A stretch of 64,000 nt of DNA from an uncultured Nitrososphaerota archaeon (GCA_964408285.1 CAYOYV010000001.1:32001-96000); one strand, 5' to 3'. Positions 20,166 through 30,472 are shown, counted from the stretch's first letter. Translations and numbers: made by a program. Notes: generated by a model from the sequence alone, not told the origin.

Positions 20166-21086
20166 ATGGTCAAAAGGATTTTCGAAGCTGTCAGGAGCGA
20201 TTTCGAGAAAATGAGTGCTAGAGAACTCCTGGAAAGTGTGACTCTGGCAGAGGGAAAAGCTATACTGGCCGAAGTGGCAGCGGAGTCTGCGATTCTCTCG
20301 AACGTCAGTTCAGTCGAGTTAGCCGCTGCTTTTGGAGCCGATCTGGTGGCCTTGAATGCCTTCGATGTTCTCAATCCGAGATTCCTTGGTCTTCCTCAGA
20401 ATCTGTTACTCGGTAGAGGACCACGGGTGTTGGCCCAAGTTGCAGCATTAGGAGGCGTGCCAATAGGAATCAACCTTGAACCAATAGATGAAGCGATTGC
20501 CATCAATGAAAAAATCAAGCTGCCGCAAGGCAGGATTGCCACGGTGGAGAATGGAAGGAGGGCAAGTGAAATGGGAGCCTCTTTCATCTGCTTGACAGGA
20601 AATCCCAAAACGGGCGTCACCAATCAGATGATCATACGGGCGGTGGCGGAATTGAAACTAGAATTAGGAGAAGGGGTAATACTGATGGCAGGGAAAATGC
20701 ACTCTGCCGGAGTTACGCAGGAAATGAGGGATCATATCATCTCTGAAAGGGATATCTCAGAACTGGCAAAGGCAGGGTGTGATGTGCTTATGGTGCCGGC
20801 ACCGGGCACAGTACAAAGTGTGAGCGAAGAAACTGCTAGGAAATGGATACAGTTCGCGCACGACGATGGCCTATTGGCTATGACTTGTCTTGACTCCGCC
20901 ATTGAAGGTTCAGACCTCGAAACAATAAAGAGGATTGCACTTCATTCGAAGATGGCCGGCGCTGATATACAACACATAGGCGATGCAGGTTTCAATCTCT
21001 TTCCCGACAACATTATGACTTATTGCATGACTGTCAAGGGAAGGGTCCACACATTCAGGAGAATGGCTTGGTCAACCCTGAGGTGA
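20166..21086 (+). CDS. Uncharacterised TIM-barrel protein (family often annotated PEP phosphonomutase-like)
   Basis: VELAAAFGADLVALN, LTGNPKTGVTN, AGKMHSAG, KMAGADIQHIGDAG, KGRVHTFRRMA. Confidence 0.75.
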   Translation: MVKRIFEAVRSDFEKMSARELLESVTLAEGKAILAEVAAESAILSNVSSVELAAAFGADLVALNAFDVLNPRFLGLPQNLLLGRGPRVLAQVAALGGVPIGINLEPIDEAIAINEKIKLPQGRIATVENGRRASEMGASFICLTGNPKTGVTNQMIIRAVAELKLELGEGVILMAGKMHSAGVTQEMRDHIISERDISELAKAGCDVLMVPAPGTVQSVSEETARKWIQFAHDDGLLAMTCLDSAIEGSDLETIKRIALHSKMAGADIQHIGDAGFNLFPDNIMTYCMTVKGRVHTFRRMAWSTLR

Positions 21087-21155
21087 GCTCAGGCTCTGGA
21101 CGTGACTCCTTGGGAAATGCGCAGGGGCATGCCATCGGATAGCCCAAAAGATTCG

Positions 21156-23117
21156 TCATCGCTTCTCTGGAAGAGCGCTTGCCAAACCAGGAATGTAGTC
21201 TGCGCCCACAGGAGCGGTCACTGTTGATCCTCTGAAGTCCTCTCCTATAGGTTCGTATTTTCCGCCCAGACATGCAGACAGGAATGCCTCTGCAATTGCG
21301 TTGAACGATAGCCTATTCTCTGGCCTTGCAAAACCATGTCCCTCATCAGGATACAAGATGTACGTCACTGGTATGCCCTTTTCCCGCATCGCCTTGACTA
21401 TCTGGTCGGACTCCGCCTGCTTGACCCGAGGATCATTCGCCCCTTGTCCGATCAATAGAGGTTTCCGGATCCGATCCACGTACGTCAATGGAGACCTCTT
21501 GGCTAGGAAAGCTCTGCCTTCCTCCGTTCTGTGATCTCCGACTCGTTTCGTGAACAATTCGATCTCCGGCTCCCAGTATGGCGGAATCGTCTGGAGCAGC
21601 GTCACGAGATTCGACGGTCCAACAATGTCCACTCCACATGCAAAGGTCTCTGGCGTCGAGGTCATCCCGACAAGAACGGCGTATCCACCGTAGCTGCCTC
21701 CATAGATGGCCACTCGCGCGGGATCTGCGATCCCCTCCTGAATGGCCCATGCAACGACATCGATCAGGTCATTGTGCATCTTCCCTCCCCATTGCAGATT
21801 GCCGGCGTTGACGAATGCTTTGCCAAATCCAAGGGACGATCGGAAATTGACGCTAACCACGGCATAGCCTCGGTTCGCCAGCCATTGATGAATTGGGTTG
21901 AATCCCCATTGGTCGCGACCCCAAGGGCCACCATGGACAAGCAAGATCATTGGCAGAGGCCGGTCAGGCCGGCCATCACCATCAGTGTCGCTCCCAAGAG
22001 GCATTGAGTAATAGCATAAGAGATCAAGTCCATCTCTCGACCTAGTGACCACTGGATTCATCCTTGTCAAGGGCAGACCCTCAAGTGCTTTGCGATTCGT
22101 GAACAGGAATTTCGCTTGCTTTGCATCCCGATCGTAGTGGTAATATCGAACCGGGCCGTCATCTATGTTGTAGGCTACGATCCATGCTTCATCTGAAAGT
22201 GTCCGGCTTACAACATCAATATCCCCTTGAGCAACAGTGCAGAGGTAAGAGAGATCCCCTGCTGCAGCTTCGTTCAAGGGCTGCCACGCCTTTCGGTCGT
22301 AGGTGAAAGCCACAGCGTCCACGTTCTTCTCAGTCGGATGTATCATGACATCTGAAAGATCAGCTCTGGAATCCGAGGCCAGAATTGTCTGTTCACCGGT
22401 CTCGGAGTTCAGCGCAGACAGGGCTGCGGTATTCCTGCCCCGGCTGTCCCCCATGTATAGTATCTTTCCGCTTTTGTCGAATTGGATTGCGTCCGTAGAA
22501 ATTGAATCCTCCATCCCAATCTTGATGAACTGCTTCCAATTTCCTCCGTCCCCAAGCCTTAGTAGCTCGCTTCCTCCATCTGGCATCATCCGCTTGGCTA
22601 GGCGGATTCTGTAGTCATGATCAGCAATGAAATTGACAAATCCATCATTCTTCTGCAATAGCCGCCTTTCGCCGGTTGAGATATCCAGAAGATACAGGTC
22701 ATGGAATTGTGGAACGCGGTCATTGATTGAGATCATTATCTCATTTGGAAGTCTATGGCTGATTTTCTCTATGCGGGCTTGAACCTTCTCGATTGGCGTA
22801 AGGTCTCTAATCTCATTGCTCGATAGGTCAACGCTGTAGATTCGCCAATTCTCATCTCCTGCCTTGTCTTGGATATACAACACATGCCTATTGGTGAAAG
22901 CCCAGTCATAGTACCGAATGCCTCTATAGGTATCCTTTGTGACTGGCTTTGCTGCAGTCGGGTCTTCAGCTGGACCTACCCAGACATTCATCACACCATT
23001 AGCAGGAGCGAGATAAGCCATTTTGGTTCCGTCTGGACTAAGCCGAGCGAAAGTCTTGTCAGGATTACCAAATAGATTCCTCCTGGGTATGAGAGGTACC
23101 TCGTTCTGTCTTGCCAT
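21156..23117 (-). CDS. S9 family peptidase (dipeptidyl aminopeptidase/acylaminoacyl peptidase)
   Basis: VHGGPW, GGSYGG nucleophile, GANDPRV, DEGHGF catalytic triad. Confidence 0.95.
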   Translation of the reverse strand: MARQNEVPLIPRRNLFGNPDKTFARLSPDGTKMAYLAPANGVMNVWVGPAEDPTAAKPVTKDTYRGIRYYDWAFTNRHVLYIQDKAGDENWRIYSVDLSSNEIRDLTPIEKVQARIEKISHRLPNEIMISINDRVPQFHDLYLLDISTGERRLLQKNDGFVNFIADHDYRIRLAKRMMPDGGSELLRLGDGGNWKQFIKIGMEDSISTDAIQFDKSGKILYMGDSRGRNTAALSALNSETGEQTILASDSRADLSDVMIHPTEKNVDAVAFTYDRKAWQPLNEAAAGDLSYLCTVAQGDIDVVSRTLSDEAWIVAYNIDDGPVRYYHYDRDAKQAKFLFTNRKALEGLPLTRMNPVVTRSRDGLDLLCYYSMPLGSDTDGDGRPDRPLPMILLVHGGPWGRDQWGFNPIHQWLANRGYAVVSVNFRSSLGFGKAFVNAGNLQWGGKMHNDLIDVVAWAIQEGIADPARVAIYGGSYGGYAVLVGMTSTPETFACGVDIVGPSNLVTLLQTIPPYWEPEIELFTKRVGDHRTEEGRAFLAKRSPLTYVDRIRKPLLIGQGANDPRVKQAESDQIVKAMREKGIPVTYILYPDEGHGFARPENRLSFNAIAEAFLSACLGGKYEPIGEDFRGSTVTAPVGADYIPGLASALPEKR

Positions 23118-23339
23118 CTAAGTCCCAGGTGCCAGATTTGGGATAAAAGATTTTTTTCTTCTTCAGCGCTTAGTGAGGATGGGCCCAAGTCGGTAATGTA
23201 GTCGCGGCCGAAAAGAGGAAGGAGTGCGACAGGAGAGTCACGAAGGCGAGGAGGCCAATCGGGGCAGCCGCGACAGGTGCTTTCTTGTGGGGGAATGCTT
23301 TTTAGACTTCATCGGCTGAAGAAAGTGGAGGCGATTCGG

Positions 23340-24314
23340 ATGGATTCTGGAGAGCTACTCTATCTTTCACGCAGAGATGTGGAGAGCGTGGCATTGGACA
23401 TGCGCACAATCATCAAGCTGCTTGAGACAGTCTTCAGATTGAAAGGGGAAGGTAGGGTGGAAATGCCTCCCAAGCCGGGCATTCACACCAGACCAGATGC
23501 GTTCATTCACGCAATGCCTGCATACATTCCTGCACTAGAATCAGCAGGGATCAAGTGGGTCAGCGGCTATGCAGAGAATTACAAGCGCGGTCTGCCATAT
23601 ATTTCCGGTCTCCTGATCCTGAACGACATTGAAACAGGCCTGCCCTACGCAGTGATGGACTGTACTTGGATCACAGCGAAGCGTACCGGGGCAGCGACTG
23701 CCCTGTCAGCCAAGTACTTGGCAAGACCTGAGAGCACGAATGTTGGCATCCTGGCATGTGGTGTACAGGGACGCGCCAACCTAGAGGCACTCACTTGCCT
23801 GTTTCCAGTAAGGCGTGTCCATGCCTATGATATATCTGCTCCGGCTCAGCAACGATACGTTGAGGAGATGTCTAGCAAGTTCGGAATAGAAATCATTGGG
23901 GTCGAAGAACCTCGTAAGGCCGTGGTGGGAAGCGACATTGTCGTGACATCGGGGCCAATCCTTAAGCATCCGGATCCAACAATCGAAAAAGACTGGTTGC
24001 AACCAGGGGCGTTTGCCAGTGCAGTGGACTTCGATAGCTATTGGAAACCAGTTGCATTAGCACAGTTCGACAAGATTTGCACGGATGATTACGCGCAATT
24101 CGAATATTACAGAAGCACAGGCTACTTCCAGACGACACCAGACCCCTATGCTGACTTGGGCGAAATTGTCGCTGGATTGAAGCCAGGTCGAGAGGGAGAC
24201 GATGAAAGAACTATGGCGATGAACCTTGGATTGGCATTGGAAGACATGGCCATCGCGCCCGAAATATACCGTCATGCCAAGCAGAAGGGACTAGGCACGT
24301 GGCTTTCACTATGA
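23340..24314 (+). CDS. Ornithine cyclodeaminase/mu-crystallin family (possible alanine dehydrogenase)
   Basis: AMPAY, GIKWVS, ITAKRTGAA, GVQGRANL, GLALEDMA. Confidence 0.92.
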   Translation: MDSGELLYLSRRDVESVALDMRTIIKLLETVFRLKGEGRVEMPPKPGIHTRPDAFIHAMPAYIPALESAGIKWVSGYAENYKRGLPYISGLLILNDIETGLPYAVMDCTWITAKRTGAATALSAKYLARPESTNVGILACGVQGRANLEALTCLFPVRRVHAYDISAPAQQRYVEEMSSKFGIEIIGVEEPRKAVVGSDIVVTSGPILKHPDPTIEKDWLQPGAFASAVDFDSYWKPVALAQFDKICTDDYAQFEYYRSTGYFQTTPDPYADLGEIVAGLKPGREGDDERTMAMNLGLALEDMAIAPEIYRHAKQKGLGTWLSL

Positions 24315-24461
24315 TGCCCCCCACATCGACCTGAATGTCAATGAGAGATCAATGATCGTATGCAATTTGGTAGATGCAAGGGTCTAAGATGTCGAGCATT
24401 GCCGCAATCCGAGACTCGTTGTGAAAAGAACAAGAAATCCCCTATATAGCCTCTTGGGAGA

Positions 24462-25022
24462 TTGACGGCAAAGATGGATGTGTTTGAGGCCATTCAGAAG
24501 AGGCGATCAGTCAGATCCTATCTTCCAGACGAGGTACCGGAGGAAAAAATAGAGAGAATTCTCGATGCTGCTCGATTGGCACCCTCAGCCGGTAATATGC
24601 AGCCTTGGCATTTCGTGATTGTGAGGGATGCGGAGAAAAGGAGGATTCTGTCAAGGGGAGGGGTATTTGCTTGGTTCTTGTCCGAATCTCCTGTGGTCAT
24701 TGCAGGGTGCGGAAATAGAAAGGCATCGCCTAGCTGGTACACGGTCGACACAGCGATTGCTATGCAGAACATGGTCCTGACTGCGACTGCCGAGGGCCTG
24801 GGAACATGCTGGATAGGTAGCTTCAGCGAAAATCAGGTCAAACGTGTCCTCAAGATTCCGGAGGACTACCGGGTCGTTTCTCTCTTGGCTGTCGGATATC
24901 CGAAGGACGACCGCAGTCTTATTGACCATGTTTCCGATTTAGTGGATAGGAAGAAAGACCTTCGGAATATTGCGAGTCTCGAGGAATTTGGCAATCCTTT
25001 CGACTATAACACGGAATCGTAA
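24462..25022 (+). CDS. Nitroreductase family protein
   Basis: RRSVRSY, APSAGNMQPWHF, GLGTCWIG. Confidence 0.92.
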   Translation: MTAKMDVFEAIQKRRSVRSYLPDEVPEEKIERILDAARLAPSAGNMQPWHFVIVRDAEKRRILSRGGVFAWFLSESPVVIAGCGNRKASPSWYTVDTAIAMQNMVLTATAEGLGTCWIGSFSENQVKRVLKIPEDYRVVSLLAVGYPKDDRSLIDHVSDLVDRKKDLRNIASLEEFGNPFDYNTES

Positions 25023-25139
25023 CTGGGTTCCGACCTGCACTGGAAATTGTGGTCTAGTCAATATTGTATGTAATGACATAAAATACACAATAGTAAATAG
25101 TTTGACGTCAACAAGGCTAAAGGAACGTGAGGCTATTAC

Positions 25140-26141
25140 ATGCGCCCCATCCAACCCAATGTCATGAAATTGCTACGGAGCCTTATGTACGGAGATCTCT
25201 CCGAGATACTGCCTCGAATAGGTCAGGATGTCTACTATCCCGTGGCCGAGGAAATCACGCACGCCGGGAAGGATAGAACCAAGGTCATCCTCCAGCAGCT
25301 GTATGAAGAGGGCTACTTGGAGAGGCAATTCCAAGGACGGATCTACAGATGTCCCCATGACAATACTCCGCTGATCAGGCCAAGAGTGGCCTGCCCGAAA
25401 TGCAATTCGGACAATCTGGAGAAGCATCTGCTGATCGAGCACATCATATGTGGGCATGTTGATTTGGAGAAGAGTTTCATGAAGGAAGGTACCTTCGTGT
25501 GTCCCAAGGACCATAAGTCACTATTCCAGATAGGAGTCGATTACCGCAAGGCAGGAATAGCGTACAAATGCTCTTCATGTGGGAACCTGTGCCCCCTGCC
25601 TGTCGAAAGATGGGTGTGCAATGTCTCTAATCACGTCTTCTCGCTTGATGAAGCCATATCTGAAGACTTCTACTCGTACGGACTGAGGGAGGACAAGAGA
25701 GAGGAAATAAGTAGAATTCTTGAATACATAAGTCCAATCGCGGAAGCGTTCAGAAAAAATGAATTTTCCGTGGAGACATTCGTCGATGTTATTGGGATAT
25801 CTGGAATCTCCCATCCAGTCGACATCTACGCCAAGAAAGGCTCATCGGGCCGAACTGAGACTGTCATAGCTGACATTCTAGTTGAAGATGCAATAAGGCC
25901 AGAGGCAGTCCTTGCGCTGTATGGAGTGGTTTTGGACACAAACCCAACCCGGGCGATGTTGATAGCCATCCCGAAGCTGTGCGAAGAGAGCAGATTCTAT
26001 GCAGCAAAGCTGAGCATCACAGCAGTCGAGGGCAAGGATCTTGAGACTGTGAATCGGCAACTGGAGAACCTGCTGAATAAGGACCGACTCGAGACGTACG
26101 AACCAGAACAGATGGTAGTCACTGGCCTCGAGCAGAAATAG
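25140..26141 (+). CDS. TackOD1 (Thaumarchaeal output domain 1) zinc-finger protein with C-terminal restriction-endonuclease-like domain
   Basis: CPKCNS...IEHIICGH...CPKD...GVDY...YKCSSCG; C-terminal GISGISHPVDIYA. Confidence 0.8.
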   Translation: MRPIQPNVMKLLRSLMYGDLSEILPRIGQDVYYPVAEEITHAGKDRTKVILQQLYEEGYLERQFQGRIYRCPHDNTPLIRPRVACPKCNSDNLEKHLLIEHIICGHVDLEKSFMKEGTFVCPKDHKSLFQIGVDYRKAGIAYKCSSCGNLCPLPVERWVCNVSNHVFSLDEAISEDFYSYGLREDKREEISRILEYISPIAEAFRKNEFSVETFVDVIGISGISHPVDIYAKKGSSGRTETVIADILVEDAIRPEAVLALYGVVLDTNPTRAMLIAIPKLCEESRFYAAKLSITAVEGKDLETVNRQLENLLNKDRLETYEPEQMVVTGLEQK

Positions 26142-26212
26142 AGGGATGACCGGCGCTCGGCGCGCTTCAGCAAGCGTGCATGGCAGGTTCGGTATTTTGA
26201 ATCCCTGACGCT

Positions 26213-27487
26213 TCACCAACGTCTTTCCTTTCTCAATATCCAGTCCATGTATGCCTTCAGCCTTATCAGAGAGTGGTATGGTCTGTAGAAGAGGACAACG
26301 ACTGGGACGAGATAGATGTTGCGGAATTCCCCTTTGTGAGGGGAGAGGGAAGCGGCTGAACCTATGGCAACTACTTCTATGAGAACATACATTAGAAGGC
26401 CGAGCAGCATTACATAGACGATAGTGGCTCCTCGGAAGAAAACGAGAGAAGCTAACCAAGCGAGTCTCACGAACAAGAGGATAATGTCGGTGAAGATCAT
26501 GTCGTAGACGGACACAATCAACCTAAGGTCAAATCCGCGAAGCTGGAGGATGTTCGCGTGTTTTACTAGGGTTTCTATCTGGCCTCTTGTCCACCTGATT
26601 CTCTGACGCCTCCACTCCCCCCAGGTCTCAGGCGCAAAGGTCCAGGAGATGGCCCTGTCGGAGAAGAATAGCCTCTTTCCCAGTTTCCTCATCTTAACGG
26701 TTATATCAAAGTCCTCGGTTATCGTGTCCTTGTCATATTCGCCGACGGAAACCACGTACTGCTTCCAGAATGCACCGAAGGCTCCTGATATCATGAGGAG
26801 CGTTCCAACAAGGGAATTGAATCTCCTCCCCAGCTCCAATGATATTATGTATTCATAAGCTTGGAGCTTGACCAGTATGTTATGTGAACCGTTTTCTCCC
26901 CTAAGGATGCGAACGTTACCAGAGACCGCGCTAATCCTTCTGTCACTCAGAGGCCTGACTATCTCCTTCAGGGAGTCACGTTCCAACACGGTGTCTGCAT
27001 CAACCGTGACTATCACATCTCCGGATGAGAAGAAGAGTCCGTGATTAAGGGCCCCTGCCTTTGAACCACTTGCGGTGTCTCGATGGAGCAGTTTGACTAG
27101 GCCCCTTTTGGCGTATGGGAGGGCAAGTTCGAAAGTTCGATCCCTTGATCCATCATCCACAACGATTATCTCCTTGTCGGAGTAGTCAGTCTCGATCGCT
27201 GACTCAATAGACCTGACGATGATCTTCTCCTCGTTGTGAGCCGGTATGATGATCGAAATCTTTGGAAGAAAATTCGGTTCGAATTTTGGCGGGTAAAGCC
27301 TAGTGTAAAAGGCATGAGCCAGGAGGAAAGCAGATTTCCCCACTGATCTCAGGAGATCGAATAAGATCAAAGGCCAGTAGATCATGAGAATGTCCTGCAA
27401 AGTCAGACTACCGAGCCAGATGGCGAAACCATTGAGGAATTCCAAAAGGGCAGGGAATACATCGAAGAAGCAGAACGGAATTGGCAA
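26213..27487 (-). CDS. Processive GT2 glycosyltransferase (PgaC/IcaA-like)
   Basis: PAHNEE, DDGSRD, KAGALN, DAD, TEDFD, QRIRW; N- and C-terminal TM helices. Confidence 0.9.
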   Translation of the reverse strand: MPIPFCFFDVFPALLEFLNGFAIWLGSLTLQDILMIYWPLILFDLLRSVGKSAFLLAHAFYTRLYPPKFEPNFLPKISIIIPAHNEEKIIVRSIESAIETDYSDKEIIVVDDGSRDRTFELALPYAKRGLVKLLHRDTASGSKAGALNHGLFFSSGDVIVTVDADTVLERDSLKEIVRPLSDRRISAVSGNVRILRGENGSHNILVKLQAYEYIISLELGRRFNSLVGTLLMISGAFGAFWKQYVVSVGEYDKDTITEDFDITVKMRKLGKRLFFSDRAISWTFAPETWGEWRRQRIRWTRGQIETLVKHANILQLRGFDLRLIVSVYDMIFTDIILLFVRLAWLASLVFFRGATIVYVMLLGLLMYVLIEVVAIGSAASLSPHKGEFRNIYLVPVVVLFYRPYHSLIRLKAYMDWILRKERRW

Positions 27488-27577
27488 TCTCCATCTTAAC
27501 CTCGATTGGTCTTCCCTTATCTTATGTCTGAAAGCCTAATAATCCTATTCCGCCTCGCCCCAAGGACGTCCCAAGAA

Positions 27578-28354
27578 TCATAGAAGACGCAAAACCTTCT
27601 CAGGCACTATATACGTTCTTCGACAGCTGGCACAGAGAATTGTGGGCTCCATCTGTCTCAGTTCCTGAGAACTACCACAATGAGGGCAGGTCATCTGAAC
27701 GATTCCATCCGGACTCAGGTCAAAGCTCGATGCAGTGACATGCTGGGGTGCTTCTTTTTCCTGTTTGGCAGCGGACAGATGTATGAACTCACTTGTCGCT
27801 TCATCGAAAGATCCTTGGACCATGTTCTCAGAGATGAGGTAACTCACCCATCCCAACGCAGAACTCTCGTCGGCCTTCGGGTAAGAGATCCGCAGAATCG
27901 GCAATATATCGGATAAACTCGTGCGCTGCCTGGAGTTCAGAAACGCTGCGAGATCTCTTGATGTTGACTCATGTATTTGATCTACTCGGATTTCCTGGCT
28001 GATCAGGTTGGCCCAGACCTCAGGATCCTTCACTCCCTCATGGCGCAGCGTGACCTGTCCCCGCTCATCATGTACTCGGGCAACTATGATCAAGGCTTTG
28101 CCGAGCAGTGCCTTCTCAACTCTGGCACCGATTATATCGGTGAGATCAAAGGCATAGATGATCCTGTATTCTTTCATAACAAGTCCCTTCACGCCAACAA
28201 GCACAAGTCGCCTAGTGTTTGTCAGCATGAGTGTACATGATAGTTCGCGTCGATTGTGATTCGTAGAGAAGCTTGTTACTGGAGATTGATATTCAGCTCG
28301 TTCGTTCGTCCTTAGAACGGATTCGGCCATATCTTTCTTTGGCAGTATGGTCAA
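27578..28354 (-). CDS. PH/GRAM-like + winged-helix (PCI-like) + zinc-ribbon protein
   Basis: CTLMLTNTRRLVL...DPEVWANLI (PH-like), LISENMVQGSFD (PCI-like end), CPHCG...CASC. Confidence 0.6.
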   Translation of the reverse strand: MTILPKKDMAESVLRTNERAEYQSPVTSFSTNHNRRELSCTLMLTNTRRLVLVGVKGLVMKEYRIIYAFDLTDIIGARVEKALLGKALIIVARVHDERGQVTLRHEGVKDPEVWANLISQEIRVDQIHESTSRDLAAFLNSRQRTSLSDILPILRISYPKADESSALGWVSYLISENMVQGSFDEATSEFIHLSAAKQEKEAPQHVTASSFDLSPDGIVQMTCPHCGSSQELRQMEPTILCASCRRTYIVPEKVLRLL

Positions 28355-28571
28355 GCGAATTCGTTATTAAGGATTGGCATAATGCTGCTCGGTATTTTAA
28401 ATGACATATATGTTTAAGAATAGAGTAACGTCTTAAGAACCTTGACTAGCCGGTCATTTGACGATCGATGTTTCCCGAATGAATGGAGAAACTGGGACTG
28501 CTGAAGCGTCGAACTCAAGTACATTGACGCACCTAGACCGTGAGTGGATAAAGAATGAGAGGCCCTGTTGA

Positions 28572-29117
28572 ATGTCAGATCCAAGTTCGCTAGTAGATCA
28601 GATCAAAACCTCCCTCAAGGAATTCAGAGAGCTAAGGGAGAAATCGAAGAGGAGGCTTATAGAAATGGAGGAAGAGATCAAGCTGCTGGACAGGCGTCAC
28701 TACGAACTTCAGATGTTTTCGCGAGTTCTGGATTCATTACGTATGTACCTTCTAGCCAACCCTCCGGTGTACAGCGATCAAGGTCTTGAATTCAGTGTGA
28801 CCGCAATCGACGATATTCTGGGATCGGATGACACTTTTGGTTCCCTAGGAGTCATTCTAGCACCAGAGATCAGGAGCATCTTTCGCGAAAGGCTATCTGT
28901 GCTCACGATACAAAGAACGGCTCAGGCATTTGAGGCAAGACTGAAGGAGATTGAAAACAAAACCCGGGACGCTTTGATTAGAATCGAGGTCAGGAGGAAT
29001 CCCTTACTTGAAGAACGGGACAAGCTCTTCAATCAAATCAACATGATGGACAAGGAGTCAGAGACTATCTGGGAATATGTGGCTCAAATGAGGATGGAGT
29101 CAAGCACTCAACAGTGA
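28572..29117 (+). CDS. Coiled-coil hypothetical protein
   Basis: Heptad-rich, E/K/R-rich helices flanking a short central segment. Confidence 0.75.
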   Translation: MSDPSSLVDQIKTSLKEFRELREKSKRRLIEMEEEIKLLDRRHYELQMFSRVLDSLRMYLLANPPVYSDQGLEFSVTAIDDILGSDDTFGSLGVILAPEIRSIFRERLSVLTIQRTAQAFEARLKEIENKTRDALIRIEVRRNPLLEERDKLFNQINMMDKESETIWEYVAQMRMESSTQQ

Positions 29118-29227
29118 GCTTGCATTTCCAGTCACAGCCAGGGCGCCGCTATGTGTCTCAGCACGTGCGCGCGTTATGGGGAAGGGCTGGATTAGTCTTA
29201 TATCATAAAACGCGCTTCGATATCGGT

Positions 29228-29530
29228 ATGATTGGGGGGGACTTATTTGGCTGGTCCCTTAATAATGCCAATAACGTGAAAGAGGAGCCCGCGGTTTTCG
29301 AGTTGTATGATGCGTCGAATACCTTGATTTACATTGGGTCAACCTCCAATCTGAGAATAAGATTCAGAAACTATCTCAGCACGAATCTGGAATGGGATCC
29401 CTGTAAACAAAGGACAAGGGGCTACAGGAGGCAATATGTTGGTTCTGAATCCGAAGCGAGGCTACTTGAGGAAGCTTACGTAAACGAATACAAACAACAA
29501 CACGGAGCCCCACCTCCCTGCAACAAGTGA
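29228..29530 (+). CDS. Stand-alone GIY-YIG nuclease-like protein
   Basis: AVFELY...IYIGSTSNLRIRF...E...PPCN; TTATAT at about 29199. Confidence 0.8.
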   Translation: MIGGDLFGWSLNNANNVKEEPAVFELYDASNTLIYIGSTSNLRIRFRNYLSTNLEWDPCKQRTRGYRRQYVGSESEARLLEEAYVNEYKQQHGAPPPCNK

Positions 29531-29650
29531 TTCCCATCAATAGGTTGCCAAGCTACCTTCAAAGCTAGATGAGTGTCTTATGACATCATAGTCTTCCTAT
29601 GTGAGTCACAAAAGCATTTAGATTTATTCTCTTTTTCAGATCAGCAGGAA

Positions 29651-30472
29651 ATGATGACCAGAGTGAGGGATAGGCTATGGATCTGGGGGCATGAGGCTGG
29701 GAGCCATAACTGGTATCGCGGTATCAAGGACAGGAACCTGAAGTCTCGCATGACTCCTGCGGAAGGAGCTTTCTACTTGGGTGTGCCGAACATAATCATG
29801 GTTCGCCACCCTGATGCGGAAGGGAATCTGCTTCCACGTCCTCCGTTTAACCAACATGCATTGGCCTTGAGCCCTCTCAAAAAAGTAGTATGGTCCATAG
29901 TCGGAGCTGGTGGTGGATTCCAAACCGACGAATTGGATCAGGTTCTCGGGCTCACACAAGCATTTCCGAATATCTGTGGCGTTCAGATGGACGATTTCTT
30001 CTTCGCCAAGCCAGACCTGAGTGAACGGATAGCACCATACAGCCCAGGAGATCTGAAGACGTTAAAGCAGAGGCTCCTCCTTGATGGAAGGAAGCTTGAG
30101 CTTTGGGTCACAGTATACACGAGCAACCTGGATTTACCGAATGTGGAAGCAACCCTGAGGGAGTGCGATATGCTTACGTTTTGGACATGGCATGCGAGGG
30201 ACATACTCAATCTTCAGCGGAACTTCGATCGGCTAGAACGAAAAGCGCCCTCCTCAAGGATAGCCTTGGGATGCTACATGTGGGATTATGGTGAATGCAA
30301 TCCAATGCCGGTGGATCTGATGCAGAGGCAGTGCGAGCTCGGCTTGGATTGGCTTCGCTCAGGGCGCATTGAGGGCATGGTATTTCTGGCCTCTTGCATA
30401 GCGGACCTAGGGCTTGAGGCCGTTGAGTGGAGTAGGAGCTGGATTCGCCAAGTAGGAGAAGAAACAATCTGA
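29651..30472 (+). CDS. Uncharacterised TIM-barrel (GH-like) protein
   Basis: RDRLWIWGH, GVQMDDFF, LGCYMWDYG motifs. Confidence 0.75.
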   Translation: MMTRVRDRLWIWGHEAGSHNWYRGIKDRNLKSRMTPAEGAFYLGVPNIIMVRHPDAEGNLLPRPPFNQHALALSPLKKVVWSIVGAGGGFQTDELDQVLGLTQAFPNICGVQMDDFFFAKPDLSERIAPYSPGDLKTLKQRLLLDGRKLELWVTVYTSNLDLPNVEATLRECDMLTFWTWHARDILNLQRNFDRLERKAPSSRIALGCYMWDYGECNPMPVDLMQRQCELGLDWLRSGRIEGMVFLASCIADLGLEAVEWSRSWIRQVGEETI

